A stretch of 64,000 bases of DNA, from NCBI GenBank assembly GCA_963706955.1, contig CAVPOC010000008.1, forward strand, positions 384,001 to 448,000, read 5' to 3'. Under the pieces are notes generated by a model. It was not told the DNA's origin. It saw only the letters and a program-made list of their open reading frames with translations, and ran no database searches. Source of the stretch: an uncultured Verrucomicrobiae bacterium. Lineage in GTDB: Bacteria > Verrucomicrobiota > Verrucomicrobiia > Chthoniobacterales > Terrimicrobiaceae. Shown here piece by piece: positions 1-11,688 of the stretch (position 1 is the first letter of the stretch; each line of letters starts with the position of its first letter). A program made the position numbers and the translations under genes.

Positions 1-146
1 CCCAGGCCGGCAACAATGCAAGACTCTCGTGCGACTATTCGCCCCTCCGCAACGGTATCCTGATTGGTGAAATACTCCGAGGTGACGTCGCCGGACCCAA
101 TGTCCTCAGCGAGCGCCAGGGCAATGATGTCGCCCTCAGGAGGCAT
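1..146 (-). CDS. nadC: Nicotinate-nucleotide pyrophosphorylase (carboxylating), N-terminal part; runs off the window start
   Basis: Manual translation from ATG at 146 gives MPPEGDIIALALAEDIGSGDVTSEYF...IVARESCIVAGL, with the typical NadC 'ALAED.G.GDVT' start; overlaps the rnd stop. Confidence 0.85.
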   Translation of the reverse strand, partial: MPPEGDIIALALAEDIGSGDVTSEYFTNQDTVAEGRIVARESCIVAGL

Positions 147-1209
147 GCACGCCACGCCCGGAAGTTTCAGGCTCGAGAAGCTTCTTTTGCCAGCGCATAA
201 GAAGAGGAGTATCAGCATCCAGGGAGGCCGCCTCCAGTGCGCCCCGAGGAGCAACGATCGATGAGTCAAGACCCAATTCCGCGGCGATCTTGTCTCTGGT
301 AGTCTTCAAGCGCTCGAATCGTTCGGTTTGCTCGCGACTGGGCCGCCGCCGCGTCGACCTGGAGGGGGCCGGCCACTCGCCTTCCGGAATATGGAGGGCC
401 AACGCGAGGATGATCTCAAAACTCTTGCGCCTCCGATTGCTCATTCTGGGAGTCGAGAACGCCTTCCCGTCGACCGCCTTCTCGGCAATGCGAACGATAT
501 CTTCGTTGCTCATCACATGGAAAGGAGGACGATCCCAGGAGCGTGCTTCCACATCGCGCCAATGCCAGAGGACACGCAAGACCGATTGCGCCCGCGGGGA
601 AAGCGCCGCCGTGCCCGGGATTCGCCACGCCTTCCCTTCATCTCGTCCACGCGGCTCACCGGCGGAGGCAATCATGCGATCACACGATTCGGAAAACCAT
701 TCCCAACGGTTTAGTCGCAAAAGCTCGGCTTCGAGAATTTTCGCGAGGGGCAACAAGTATTTGGTGTCGTTGATCGCGTACTCGACCATTTGATTCGAGA
801 GAGGACGCAAGGCCCAGTTGGCTTTCTGGGAAGCCTTCGAGAGCTTCACGCCGAAATGCTTGGCGACAAGCGCGGCCAGCCCCAATTCCTGGTATCCGCA
901 CAGCCGCGCGGCGATCATGGTATCAAAAATATCGCTTGGGACAAACCGCCCAGCGCGATGCAGCATGCGCAGATCGTAATCCGCACCATGGAAAACCAGT
1001 CGCTTGCTGGCAAGCACCTCATAGAGAGGCTGGAGCGAGAATCCGGCGAGTGGATCGACAAGCAGGTTCTCGTGCTCGGTGCTAATCTGGATCAGGCACA
1101 GTTTTTCGAAATAGCTATGAAGGCTATCCGCTTCAGTGTCCAAAGCGATTCGCGACAGGGGGGTGAGCTTGGCGATAAGATCGGCCAAGCCCTCAGGATC
1201 TGAAATCAA
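136..1209 (-). CDS. rnd: Ribonuclease D-like 3'-5' exonuclease with HRDC domain
   Basis: IALDTEADSLHSY, FHGADYDL, FDTMIAA, YAINDT (DEDDy motifs); HRDC-like 'WRDVEARSWDRPPFHV'. Confidence 0.9.
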   Translation of the reverse strand: MISDPEGLADLIAKLTPLSRIALDTEADSLHSYFEKLCLIQISTEHENLLVDPLAGFSLQPLYEVLASKRLVFHGADYDLRMLHRAGRFVPSDIFDTMIAARLCGYQELGLAALVAKHFGVKLSKASQKANWALRPLSNQMVEYAINDTKYLLPLAKILEAELLRLNRWEWFSESCDRMIASAGEPRGRDEGKAWRIPGTAALSPRAQSVLRVLWHWRDVEARSWDRPPFHVMSNEDIVRIAEKAVDGKAFSTPRMSNRRRKSFEIILALALHIPEGEWPAPSRSTRRRPSREQTERFERLKTTRDKIAAELGLDSSIVAPRGALEAASLDADTPLLMRWQKKLLEPETSGRGVHAS

Positions 1210-1817
1210 GGCTCGGCAATGAATTGGTCGCGCGGGAGTTCGTCTCCAGCCCGGCGCGCGCGGGGTTCTCGGACCTGTGTAGTGCCATCAGTCGGAGCCG
1301 TGACAAACGGCCCGCCAGCCAGTGGCGCCACGTCAGAAAATGCAACATCGGCAGCTTCGCTCGCTTTTCCTTCCAGCGGAAAATCCTTGCGCAGCGGAAA
1401 GTAGGGATATCCCTCCCACATCAAAATTCGGCGAAGATCAGGATGACCCTCAAACCGTATCCCCATCATGTCGTAGACTTCGCGCTCGTGCCAGTCAGCC
1501 GTCGGCCAGATGTCCGCGATGGTCGGGGCGACCGGATTGTCCTCGTCGGGGAGGAGCGTCTTCAGGCGAAGATGAATTCCTCCAGCCATCGAATAGAGCT
1601 CGTAAACCAACTCGAAGCGCGGGTAGTCGCCAAAATGGTCGACGCTGGAGACGTCAAGGAGGTAATCGAACCCGAGCTCTGCGCGGCAAAACTTGCAGAT
1701 GTCACGCAGGGATTCCATTTTGACAGAGAGCGATTGCTCGCCTCGGAAGTTTCCTTCCGAAAGGATTGCCTCGCCAAACGGCTTCTTTATGAGCGTCACA
1801 GCTTCGGCGAGGGTCAT
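1206..1817 (-). CDS. nuoC: NADH-quinone oxidoreductase subunit C
   Basis: [29 protein letters not shown] and PLRKDFPL signatures. Confidence 0.95.
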   Translation of the reverse strand: MTLAEAVTLIKKPFGEAILSEGNFRGEQSLSVKMESLRDICKFCRAELGFDYLLDVSSVDHFGDYPRFELVYELYSMAGGIHLRLKTLLPDEDNPVAPTIADIWPTADWHEREVYDMMGIRFEGHPDLRRILMWEGYPYFPLRKDFPLEGKASEAADVAFSDVAPLAGGPFVTAPTDGTTQVREPRARRAGDELPRDQFIAEP

Positions 1818-2335
1818 ACGGTTTCGGCGAGGGCCTTTTTTTGATTTTCGACTGACCGCTCGGTCATGATCTTCCTTTGCAACTTGATCAATCCGTCCAA
1901 CAAAGCTTCCGGCCTTGGAGGACAGCCGGAGACATAAACATCAACGGGCAACAAGTGATCGATCCCCTGGAGAACCGCATAACTGCGATACATGCCTCCG
2001 CTCGAGGCGCAGGCTCCCATGGCAATGCACCATTTCGGTTCAGGCATCTGCTCCCAAATTCGTTTCACCGCCAGGGCCATCTTGTAGGTAACGGTGCCGG
2101 CCACAATCATCACGTCGCTTTGCCGTGGAGAAAATCTCATTACCTCGGCCCCAAAACGGGAAATGTCGTAGCGGGACGAGGACGCCGCCATTAGTTCGAT
2201 GGCGCAGCAGGCAAGCCCCATCGGCATCGGCCAAAGGGAGTTGCTGCGCATCCAGTTTATAGCCGCATCCAGGCGCGTAAAGATCACATTACCCTCGATC
2301 TTCGAGTCGTACGCGACCGGGCTTGATTCCCTCAT
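1814..2335 (-). CDS. nuoB: NADH-quinone oxidoreductase subunit B
   Basis: [32 protein letters not shown] (N2 cluster ligands); ATG at 2335 chosen inside ORF 1814..2533. Confidence 0.95.
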   Translation of the reverse strand: MRESSPVAYDSKIEGNVIFTRLDAAINWMRSNSLWPMPMGLACCAIELMAASSSRYDISRFGAEVMRFSPRQSDVMIVAGTVTYKMALAVKRIWEQMPEPKWCIAMGACASSGGMYRSYAVLQGIDHLLPVDVYVSGCPPRPEALLDGLIKLQRKIMTERSVENQKKALAETV

Positions 2336-2432
2336 GACAACGAACCTATTTTTCCTCGCGCAACCGGCAAGAGCAAATTTGCGAAATCCCTGCCGTCTGC
2401 CGACTTGAGTTTCCCGAGTGTTCATGGCACGC

Positions 2433-2993
2433 ATGCGAAATGGATCCTGTGAAACACGAGCCGTTCTTGCCGACGCATGCTCGGCTTTCGCCTGCAGCGT
2501 CGTGATTTTGCTGAGTTCCTGCGCTGATCGCACCCGGACGACGATTCCACCCGATCCGAAGGATCAATCAAGTCCTCGTCCGGCGGCAACGAAGGAGAGG
2601 AAGGCGCCGCCGCCCGAACGGGAAAGAAGCGTCGCGCCGCAAACCGTGGCACCGAAACCGCCGCCCAGCAAAGCGGAGCAGATAATTGGACTTGTTCGCG
2701 GAGGGCGGCTCGTCAATCAAGGCGACGGCGCGCTGGTCTTCTCGAAGTCAGGACTGACGCGCTCCTCGCGGTCTGGGCTTTACGAAGATGCCATCCTGCT
2801 CGCGCGATTGCGTCGCTCTCTCAAGGAGACCACTGGAGTTCCCGAAAGCGTCTCCGCCGGTGCCACCGTTCGCGAGGCCAAAGCATTTCTCGAGATCGAC
2901 GACAGCCTGCCAGCAGTGACGGCGGCAAGCGCGATCGACGCAGGCCTGCGCACTCCCGGGATCATCGCGGTTCAGGCGCGAACCGGGCAATAG
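2433..2993 (+). CDS. Putative lipoprotein with Pro-rich linker and BON-like C-terminal domain
   Basis: Lipobox-like VILLSSC; C-terminal '[12 protein letters not shown]...TVREAKAFL...TPGIIAV' resembles BON; start uncertain. Confidence 0.5.
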   Translation: MRNGSCETRAVLADACSAFACSVVILLSSCADRTRTTIPPDPKDQSSPRPAATKERKAPPPERERSVAPQTVAPKPPPSKAEQIIGLVRGGRLVNQGDGALVFSKSGLTRSSRSGLYEDAILLARLRRSLKETTGVPESVSAGATVREAKAFLEIDDSLPAVTAASAIDAGLRTPGIIAVQARTGQ

Positions 2994-2995
2994 AG

Positions 2996-3726
2996 TTAGT
3001 CTCTTCAGAGTCTTACCGACACGCTGTGCGACCGACTTGACCACCTTCACACGGGCATACCACTTGTAATTTGCCGGTATGACGATCCAAGGAGCATGGT
3101 CAAAGGAGGTCTTCTCGAAAAGATCCTCGGCCGCTTCGTTGTGCTGGTCCCAATGATTCCGATTACGCCAGTCCTCGTCGCTGATTTTCCAATGCTTGTA
3201 GGGATCGGCTTCTCGGCGTTTGAATCGGTCGAGCTGCTCATCCTTGGTGATGTGAAGGTAGAACTTGATGAGGATCACGCCGTCGTCGGCTAACTGGCGC
3301 TCAAATTCATTGATCTCGCGGTAGGCGCGCTTCCATTCTGCCTCGGTGCAAAATTTCTCGACGCGCTCGACCAGGACGCGTCCATACCAGGAACGATCAA
3401 AGATTGTTATTTCGCCGTGAGGGGGCAGCTTCTTCCAGAACCGCCACATATAGTGGTGCTGGTATTCTTCCGGCGTCGGCTTGACGATAGAATAGACGCG
3501 CACAAGCCGCGGGTCGAGCCGCTCGGTTACACGCTTGATGGCACCACCCTTGCCGGCGGCGTCAGGACCCTCCAGAGACAACGATTAGCGACTTCTTGCT
3601 CTCTCTGAGAACAAGCTGAGCATTGAGAAGCTCCAGTTGGTACTTCTTGAGGAGCTTCTTGTACTGGTCTTGATCTAGAGATTTCGACTGGTCAAGCTCA
3701 TCGAGCCGGATGCGGTCTTTAGCCAT
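2996..3726 (-). CDS. ppk2: Polyphosphate kinase 2 family protein, single domain (two apparent 1-nt insertions at ~3575 and ~3000)
   Basis: MAKDRIRLDELD...SLIVV (ORF 3562..3894) joins EGPDAAGKGG...FDRSWYGRVLVERV (ORF 2748..3581); removing 2 nt gives 243 codons ending at TAA 2998-2996. Confidence 0.85.
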
Positions 3727-3875
3727 AGCATTGGGGATTTCATGGCCCTTTAGCTGGATTGACCGTGAAAGGGAAGCCTCGAAACCGTCATCCCGCACAT
3801 GCTCTGCGGGACCGGGCTCTGCTAACCCTCGCGCCGAAGCGCGATCGCTGGCGCGATCAGCTACGCATCCGCGAC

Positions 3876-4470
3876 TTAGTATTTGACGGAACAACCGTAT
3901 GGCTTCGTGTTCGGCACCGACACAGCCTTCCCAGAGGTCGCTTCCGTCAGCGCGGCCTTCACGAAGTTATTCGACCCTTTAACAGTTGAAGGATCAGGCG
4001 TCGGCTTGTCATCGATCGCTCCCGCATAGATCAGAGTCCCCTCAGGATCGACGACGAACATCTCGGGCGTCGTCTTCGCATTGTAGAGCTTGCCCACCTT
4101 GCCATCCTCATCCACGAGGTAAGCGCTGGCCGCCCAACCATATTCAGAGATGCCTTGTCTTGGCAGCTTCCGGAGTTTCGTTGCCCTGCTTTCCAGGAGC
4201 CGACGAACAGATCGAAAGCCAGACGACACCTTTATCGGCAAATTCCTTTTGCAACTTTTGCATATTCTCCGAGCCGTAGTGCTTCTTGACGAATGGACAC
4301 CCAAAATTCACCCATTCGAGCACGACATACTTTCCTTTGTAGTCAGAAAGCTCGTGCTGCTTGCCCGAGAGATCGGGAAGCGTAAAGTCGGGCGCTGGTT
4401 TGCCCACTTGCGGAGCGGCGTAAGCTGAAACAGCCAGAGCAACGGCGAAAAGTGCAGGTAAGATTTTCAT
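3876..4470 (-). CDS. Exported thioredoxin-fold redoxin (AhpC/TSA-like), frameshifted at ~4155
   Basis: Signal peptide, APDFTL, VLEWVNFGCPFV; second frame carries AKTTPEMFV, YAGAIDD, PYGCSVKY. Confidence 0.85.
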
Positions 4471-4522
4471 GGTCCGAGAAGTTATTCACTTCGGACGCTC
4501 GCGCAAGTTGTGAAGAATTTCT

Positions 4523-6602
4523 TTATCCTCGGGCCTTGGAAAGCGCATCGAGGACAATCCTTTCGGTCAACAGTTCCGGCAGAATGATCGGCTGATCAGC
4601 CTTGCCGCGGGGATAAAGCACGTAAAATGGCACTCCCACGCGCCCGAACTTTTTCAGAGCGGCGGTGATCTCGGGATTGGCATTGGTCCAATCAGCCTTC
4701 ATGGGGACAATACCATCTTTGGCGAACGCTTCGCGCACCGCAGGAACATTGATCGCGGTGCGCTCGTTGAATTTGCACGAGATGCACCAGTCTGCTGTGA
4801 AGTCGACGAAGACAGCTTCTCCGGCATTTAGCAACTGTTCGAGCGCGCTTGTGGAGAACGGCTTCCAATCGATGCCCTCACCCGAGCGCTTGGCGGTCTC
4901 AGGTGTCGCCGAACCCGCGAAGATACCCGGGAGAAAGGTTCGCGCACCGAAAAGGACGACCAGGGTGATGACCGTCAGCGAGATGAGCCGCGCTCGTCGG
5001 GACGAGAGCGGTCCGCAAAAGGCGCCATAAATCCAGCAGGCCAAGGCAAGACAGAGAAGGAACGCGCACGTCCCCAGGACGGCGGTGAGTCCCCTTTGAT
5101 TGCCAAGAATGTAGAGGAGCCAGAGGAGAGTCGCCAAAAGCGGGAATCCCATGAATTGTTTTACCCGTTCCATCCACGACCCCGGCTTGGGCAGCAGCTT
5201 CAACCAACCCGGACGGGCAGAGAGGAAAAAATAGGGAGCACTCATCCCGAAAGCTACCGACGCAAACATCGCCAGGATCACTATCCAGGACTGACTAAAG
5301 GCAAAACCAAGGGCGGTTCCGAGGAACGGAGCCGTGCAAGGCGTCGCGAGCAGTGTTGCAAAAATCCCTTGGAAGAAGGAACCGGCGTAGCCTTCCTGTG
5401 AAGAAGCGTCCGCCAGTGCGGTGCTCGCGCGGCCGGGTAAAACAATTTCGAAGACGCCGAAAAGATTGAGCGCAAAGACCAGCACGATGCAGCTGATGAC
5501 GAAGTTAAACCAGGGATTTTGAAACTGAAATGCCCACGTCACTTCACTGCCAGCGAGCTTCAGTGCCACAATGACTATTCCGAGCCCCAAGAACCACGCA
5601 AAGATTCCTCCGACAAACGCCAACCCATGGCGAAAGATCCTCTCTGGATGATCGCCGGCCTGGCGAATAAAACCAAAAATCTTCAGCGAGATCACCGGAA
5701 GCACGCACGGCATCAGGTTCAGGATCAGTCCGCCCACGAATCCGAAAAGCAACGCTTGCCAGAGACTTGTCGCGTTCGGGGCCGCCGCCGAGACCTGCGC
5801 GGGCATACCGGGGACGACCGATGTTTGCTCAGTCGAGGAGACCAGCCAGCCTTTGCGATCCTCCTCTTTTTCGACCACCAAGACCCCGCGAAACTCGCTT
5901 GAGTCTGCAAGCGTAATCGTCGATTGCCCGTCTTTGAATGGGTCCGTTCTTTGGATGAGTCACCTGTTCGCCCTTTGGTGGCAGAGGGTAAAGATCGACC
6001 GACTTGGCACCGGCTAAGTCGCTTACCGTCAGATCCAACGAAGTGCCACTCTTCGTCCACTTCAGCGAGTACGGCGGTGCTGTGGCTGCGGGAAGAATCG
6101 AGCGGAATTCGTCGAAGAGCTCCGCGTTTGCTCGTGCGGACTGATCGGCAACGGGAAGAGACAGTTCCAGGTTCGCTGATCCCGGAATGCATATTTCTGC
6201 ACAGACCAGCCAGTCGACCTTGGCCTGAAGTGTAACGGTAGTCTCCGAAATCTTCGCAGGGGCTACAATCGCCGTCAGGAGAAGAACCTTGTCTTTGTAG
6301 GCGTAGACTTCGATGTCACCCGGCTCGAGCACACGGTGCGGGAGAGGCCACTGGATCGGTCCGGCTACGAAACCTTCGGGAAGTGTCCAGCTAATCGAGG
6401 TGGGCAGCCCAGCGTCACCGGGATACTCCCAATAGGTATGCCAGCTAGGCTCCATCTCCAGCAGGACGCCGACTTCAAACGGCTTTCCGGGAACAATCGC
6501 CGTCGTATCGGCCAGGAGGGAAGCCTTGACGAGCGTCTTGCCCTCAAAGACCTGCGCGTGCGCGACTATCGTCAGCAGGCAAAAGAGAACGCAGCGAAGC
6601 AT
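4523..6602 (-). CDS. dsbD: Thiol:disulfide interchange protein DsbD (N-terminal DsbD/DsbC-like, membrane and thioredoxin domains), frameshifted at ~5936
   Basis: WHTYW..PGDAG and VCAEICIP; LNLMPCVLPV, LATPCTAPF, DFTADWCISCK. Confidence 0.9.
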
Positions 6603-6727
6603 GCCTTTCGCTTACCACACCGGCAGGTGGCGTGCAAATTGGGCCCGGAGAAGATCGACCGCTCGTAAGCAGCAGCCTTACCCCGGAAAAGTGCCGGAAC
6701 CCAATCTCCTAGCCCGCAGGAGACCGG

Positions 6728-7702
6728 CTAGTCGCCGTAGCCGTTCGGATTCTTAACGTGCCACGCCCAAGCGCTTTCCACAATGGTCCGGATATCCTGG
6801 TATCTCGGCTTCCATCCAAGTGCTTCCCTGATGCCGTCAGAGGAGGCAATCAGCCTGGGAGGGTCACCAGGCCGTCGCGGTTTTTCAACCGCCTTGATGT
6901 CCTTGCCGGTGACCTCCCGACAGGTTTGGATCACTTCTTTGACAGACGTTCCGCCGCCGGTCCCCAAGTTAAAGCGCGCGCTCTTCTCGGCTTTTAAGGC
7001 CAGGATATGAGCCTGCGACAGGTCGAGAATGTGAATGTAGTCCCGAATGCAGGAGCCGTCTGGGGTGGGATAATCGGTGCCGTAGATATCGACGGCTTCG
7101 CGCTGCCCAAGCGCAACCTTCAGAATATTGGGGATCAGGTGCGTTTCAATGCGATGATCTTCACCAAACTTTTCCGTCGCGCCGGCGGCATTGAAATAGC
7201 GCAGAGCGATATACTTCAAACCATGAATCTCATCGTACCAGCGGAGAACCTTCTCAAAGAGCAGCTTCGATTCTCCATAAGGGTTGATGGGGATTTGCGG
7301 CATCGACTCGTCGATGGGGACACGATCAGGAATTCCAAATGTCGCGCATGTCGAGGAAAAGACGAACTTCTTCACACCGCTCTCAACAGCGGCGTCGAGC
7401 AGGTTCACGCCGTTGGCCACGTTGTTTCGAAAGTATTTCGAAGGATTTTGCATTGACTCACCGACGAGAGCGTTGGCGGCAAAGTGCATGACTGCATCCG
7501 GCTTCACTTCACTCATCGCCCGGCTGATGACGGTGCGGTCCGCCAGATCGCCCTGAAAGAATTCTGCTTTGGGATTCACGGCTTTGCGATGGCCTTCCGT
7601 CAGATTGTCGAACACAGCTACTTCGTAGCCTTCGTTGAGCAATTGTTCGACGCAGATGCTGCCGATGTAACCTGCTCCCCCAGTGACAAAAATCGTCTTC
7701 AT
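6728..7702 (-). CDS. galE: UDP-glucose 4-epimerase
   Basis: VTGGAGYIGS, FSSTCATFG, PYGESK, LRYFNAAG, CIRDYIH; ATG at 7702. Confidence 0.95.
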   Translation of the reverse strand: MKTIFVTGGAGYIGSICVEQLLNEGYEVAVFDNLTEGHRKAVNPKAEFFQGDLADRTVISRAMSEVKPDAVMHFAANALVGESMQNPSKYFRNNVANGVNLLDAAVESGVKKFVFSSTCATFGIPDRVPIDESMPQIPINPYGESKLLFEKVLRWYDEIHGLKYIALRYFNAAGATEKFGEDHRIETHLIPNILKVALGQREAVDIYGTDYPTPDGSCIRDYIHILDLSQAHILALKAEKSARFNLGTGGGTSVKEVIQTCREVTGKDIKAVEKPRRPGDPPRLIASSDGIREALGWKPRYQDIRTIVESAWAWHVKNPNGYGD

Positions 7703-7790
7703 TGAAGAAAAGTTGCTATCTGGATTACACAGGACAATCAATAGCGGAAAAGAACTCCCCACCCCCTGGTCTCAACATTGGCAGATGCTA

Positions 7791-8095
7791 TAGGAGACTG
7801 TCGAAAAACTCACGACTGTCACGCGCGAGCTCTTTGGGGTAAATATCGGTGAAGCGACGAAGGAGCATCCCCTCAAGGGGCTGTAACTGAGGAGCGACGC
7901 CCGTGAGGGGAAGGGCCCCTCACCCTTCCAAGGTGCCCCAAAGAGTTCGCGCCCTCCGGGTTGCGCTAATTTTCGGCCCTCGCGGTGTCGCCAAGCTTGT
8001 CCGTAGCTCTGCGGCTACGACCTGCGCTTGGCTCCTTGCGATCTTCCGAAAATTGGCAGCAACGTGGCATACGTGAGTTTTTCAACAGTCTCCTA
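7791..8095. mobile_element. MITE-like non-autonomous element with 24-bp terminal inverted repeats and nested internal hairpins
   Basis: 7791-7814 TAGGAGACTGTCGAAAAACTCACG versus 8072-8095 CGTGAGTTTTTCAACAGTCTCCTA (23/24 reverse-complement match); no credible ORF inside; outer TA on both ends. Confidence 0.75.
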
Positions 8096-11000
8096 GGCGG
8101 CAGCCGCAAAACGGATGACGGCGTTTCTCAAACCACTTTCATCTCCCACCGCCAGACTTTCCGCCGCGCGAATTTCGAAGGTGAGCCCGGCATCATTGAC
8201 AATCTCGATGATCAGCGGCCTCTTGCCAGGAAATCGCCGAACAGCGTCGAGAATATCGGGGAGAACCCCTTCCGTGAGTTTTCCGCGGGCAAGTCGTAGA
8301 CGAACAGGCTTTAGGGAGGCTTTAGGCTTCAACGCCGCCAAGGAATTGATGATGGCCCGAACGCTGTCGTCGCGACGGGTAAGTCGAGCGGCAACCGAAA
8401 TCACGGCGCCAGGGTTCAGCAGAGAGCCCTTGTCTGCAAAAACTTCATCCCACGCGGTTAACTCCATCTGGCCGGAAAAGTCCTCCAGCACGATCACGCC
8501 AAACGGCTTGCCATCCTTCTTGGTGAACTTCTTTTCAACCGAACAAACGATGCCAGCGAGCCTGACCGTAGAAGATTCCTCGATCCGCTGCGCGGCGGAG
8601 ATGGTCGTAATCTTTGGACTATCGAAATGTCCTGAATAAACCTCCAGCGGATGGCCGGTGAGATAGAACCCCAGTAACTCCCGCTCGTAGGCGAGCATCT
8701 CGTTTCGCGGCCAAGGTTCTACGGTGGCCACCGGAGCTGCCGACCGATGGATGCCGTGCAGTTCTTCAAACAATGCTCCCTGCCCACTGGCTCGATCTCG
8801 CTGCAGACCCGCGGCGTGCAACATCGCCCTATCCAGATCCGCAAACAGCGCGGCGCGAGACTTCCCGAAGCAATCAAAGGCGCCACATTTGACGAGACTC
8901 TCCAAGATTTTTCTGTTCACAGTGCGCCCGTCAAGTCGTGCGCAAAAATCTTCGAGGGATCGGAAGAATCCCAACTTGTCGCGCTCTTCGATCACCGAAC
9001 GCATGGCGCCGGAGCCAACGTTCTTAATTGAGGCCAGTCCAAATCGAATGGCCATCCCTTGACCGAGCGGCTCCGGGGTGAAGTGCAGGCTGCTGGAATT
9101 GACATCCGGCGCCAGAATTTTGAGCCCCATGCGGGAGCACTCTGCGATAATCTCGGCCAGCCGATCGGTAGTTGATGCGTCATGGGTGAGCAGCGCCGCC
9201 ATGAATTCAACCGGATAGTGCGCCTTGAGGTAGGCAGTTTGATACGAAACCCATCCGTAGGCGGCGCTGTGTGACTTGTTGAAGCCATATTCGGCAAAGC
9301 GCGCGATGAAATCGAAAATAGCATTGGCGGTCGCTTCGGCTATGCCATTGACCCGCGCGCAACCTTTCACAAAGCGGTCGCGTTCCTTGGCCATCTTATC
9401 CCGGTCTTTCTTGCCCATGGCCCGCCGCAATAAATCGGCCTCACCAAGCGAATACCCGGCCAGCACGTTGGCTGCGCGTTGCACCTGTTCCTGATAAACC
9501 ATGATTCCGTAGGTTTCAGCGCAGACCTGCTCCAGAAGCGGGTGGGCATACTCGATACTCTTCAGGCCCTTCTTGCGGGCGATGTAATCGTCGATGAACT
9601 TCATCGGTCCCGGTCGATAGAGAGCTCCGATGGCAATGATGTCCTCAATGCACCCCACATCGAAGCGTCTGCAGCAACTGGTGATGCCGCCGCCTTCCAT
9701 TTGGAAGATTCCAAGCGTCTCGCCGCGGTTGTAGATATCGAAAGCAGCCAGGTCGTCGATAGGAATTGCTGCCAGGTCGAATCCTGGATTCGCTTCTCGG
9801 ATTCGTTGAACCGTCTCTTCAAGCACGGTGAGTGTTTTTAGTCCGAGGAAATCCATCTTGAGCATGCCGAGCTCAGTGAGAGCGTTCATCTGGTACTGCG
9901 TGATGACTTCGTTGTCCTTCCCGCGGCACAACGGGATGTACTCATCCAAAGGCCGATCACCAATGACCACCCCGGCCGCGTGAATCCCCGTGTTACGGCT
10001 CAGCCCTTCGAGGACGAGGGCGTAGTCCCAGAGTTGGCGGGTCGCTGGCTCGTTCTCCAGTGCCGAGCGGAGATCGGGATTCTTCTGCGCGGCGCTCGCG
10101 AGAGTCATATTCAACTCATTGGGGATCATCTTTGCCAGACGATCGGCGTCCGTGTAACTCCATCCAAGCACTCGGCCGACGTCGCGCACGACACTCTTGG
10201 CACCGAGGGTTCCAAAGGTGACAATCTGCGATACACACCGCTCGCCATATTTGCGGCGGACATAGTCGATCACTTCGCCGCGTCGCTCCATGCAGAAGTC
10301 CACATCGATATCCGGCGGGCTGATACGCTCAGGATTAAGAAAACGCTCGAAAATCAATCCATAACGGAGCGGATCGATGTCGGTGATGCCGAGGACAAAC
10401 GCGATCAACGAGCCCGCGGCAGAACCTCGTCCAGGCCCCACGGGAATTCCCCTCTGCCGAGCATAGCTAATAAAGTCCCAGACAATCAGAAAGTAACTGA
10501 CAAAGCCGGTCTTCTCGATGATGGAAATTTCGTACTCGAGGCGCTGACGAAGCTCGGCGTCAGATTCGGCCCTCGCACCATAGCGTTCGGCGAGGCCGCG
10601 CCAGCAAAGCTCGCGGAAAAATTTTTCCCGGGAAACTCCTGCGGGCACTTCAAAGGCAGGATATTTCGGCTGATCAAACTCGAGCTTCAGTTCACAACGC
10701 TCGGCGATCCGCAGGGTATTGCTCGAGGGCGTTCGGAAATTCGGAGAACAACGCGGCCATCTCCTCACCGGACTTGAAATAGAGCTCCGGAGCATATCGC
10801 ATCCGTTTCTCATCCAAGACCATCGCGCCGGTCCCGATGCAGAGCATCACGTCATGGGCTTCGTGATGCTCACGCTCGAGGAAATGGACGTCATTTGCCG
10901 CGACGAGATCAAGGCCCAAATCGCCTGCAATTCGCACCAGCCCGGGATTGCACCGCCGCTCTGCTTCGAGACCGTGATCGTGCAACTCGATGAAGAAATT

Positions 11001-11516
11001 CTCTCTTCCCAGCATCTCACGATATTCGCCCGCGACGCGTTTCGCTCCTGCAAAATCGCCTGAAAGAAGCTTGCTGTTGATCTCGCCCTTGAGGCAACCA
11101 CTCAACGCAATCAAACCGCCTGAGTGGATCGCCAGCAGATCCTTGTCGATGCGCGGCTTGTAGTAAAAGCCCTCCAGATGCGCGGCGGTGACAAGTTTGA
11201 CAAGATTGCGGTAGCCAGCCGCATCGGTCGCCAGCAACGTTAAATGAAAGGCGGCCTCCTTGCCGGTCGAGGCGTTGCGCTCGCGCAGAGAATTCGGCGC
11301 CACGTAGGCTTCGCACCCAATGATTGGTCGAATCCCGGCACGCTGAGCAGCCAGGTAAAACTCAATCGCGCCGTAAAGATTGCCGTGATCCGTTATTGCT
11401 ACTGCGGGCATCCCACAGGCGGCGGCCTTGGCAACGAGGTCCTTTGTGCGGATTGCGCCGTCCAGGAGCGAATACTCCGTGTGACAATGCAGATGGACAA
11501 AAGGGACCGCAGCCAT
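8093..11516 (-). CDS. dnaE: DNA polymerase III alpha subunit, with apparent 1-nt insertion at ~10721
   Basis: PHP domain HLHCHTEYSLLDG and AITDHG (ORF 10692..11516); GRGSAAGS, PPDIDVDF, YGFNKSH (ORF 8093..10813); 3424 nt minus 1 = 1141 codons. Confidence 0.95.
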
Positions 11517-11688
11517 CGAACCAGTCTAAAGCAGGTGGCTTATGCGAGTATAAGAAATTCTCTCGCTGATTGAACGAGTTGTCGGGACCCTTGGCACCAG
11601 CATACCTCCAAATTCGCCGAATTCATCAGCGCAGGACCCTAATACACGTGGAGAGACCTCCTCCCGAGCACGGCGCAAGCTTTCCCGC

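Noticed and set aside
10692..10813. dnaE in two ORFs as a split intein or programmed frameshift
   Set aside because: No intein termini and no slippery site; the frames join cleanly after deleting one base, like the other breaks
11520..11688. trxA-dnaE spacer as 6S, SRP or glycine riboswitch RNA
   Set aside because: Only short motifs (GGAGAGACC, GGACCCT twice, AATTCG/CGAATT hairpin); no family consensus could be completed
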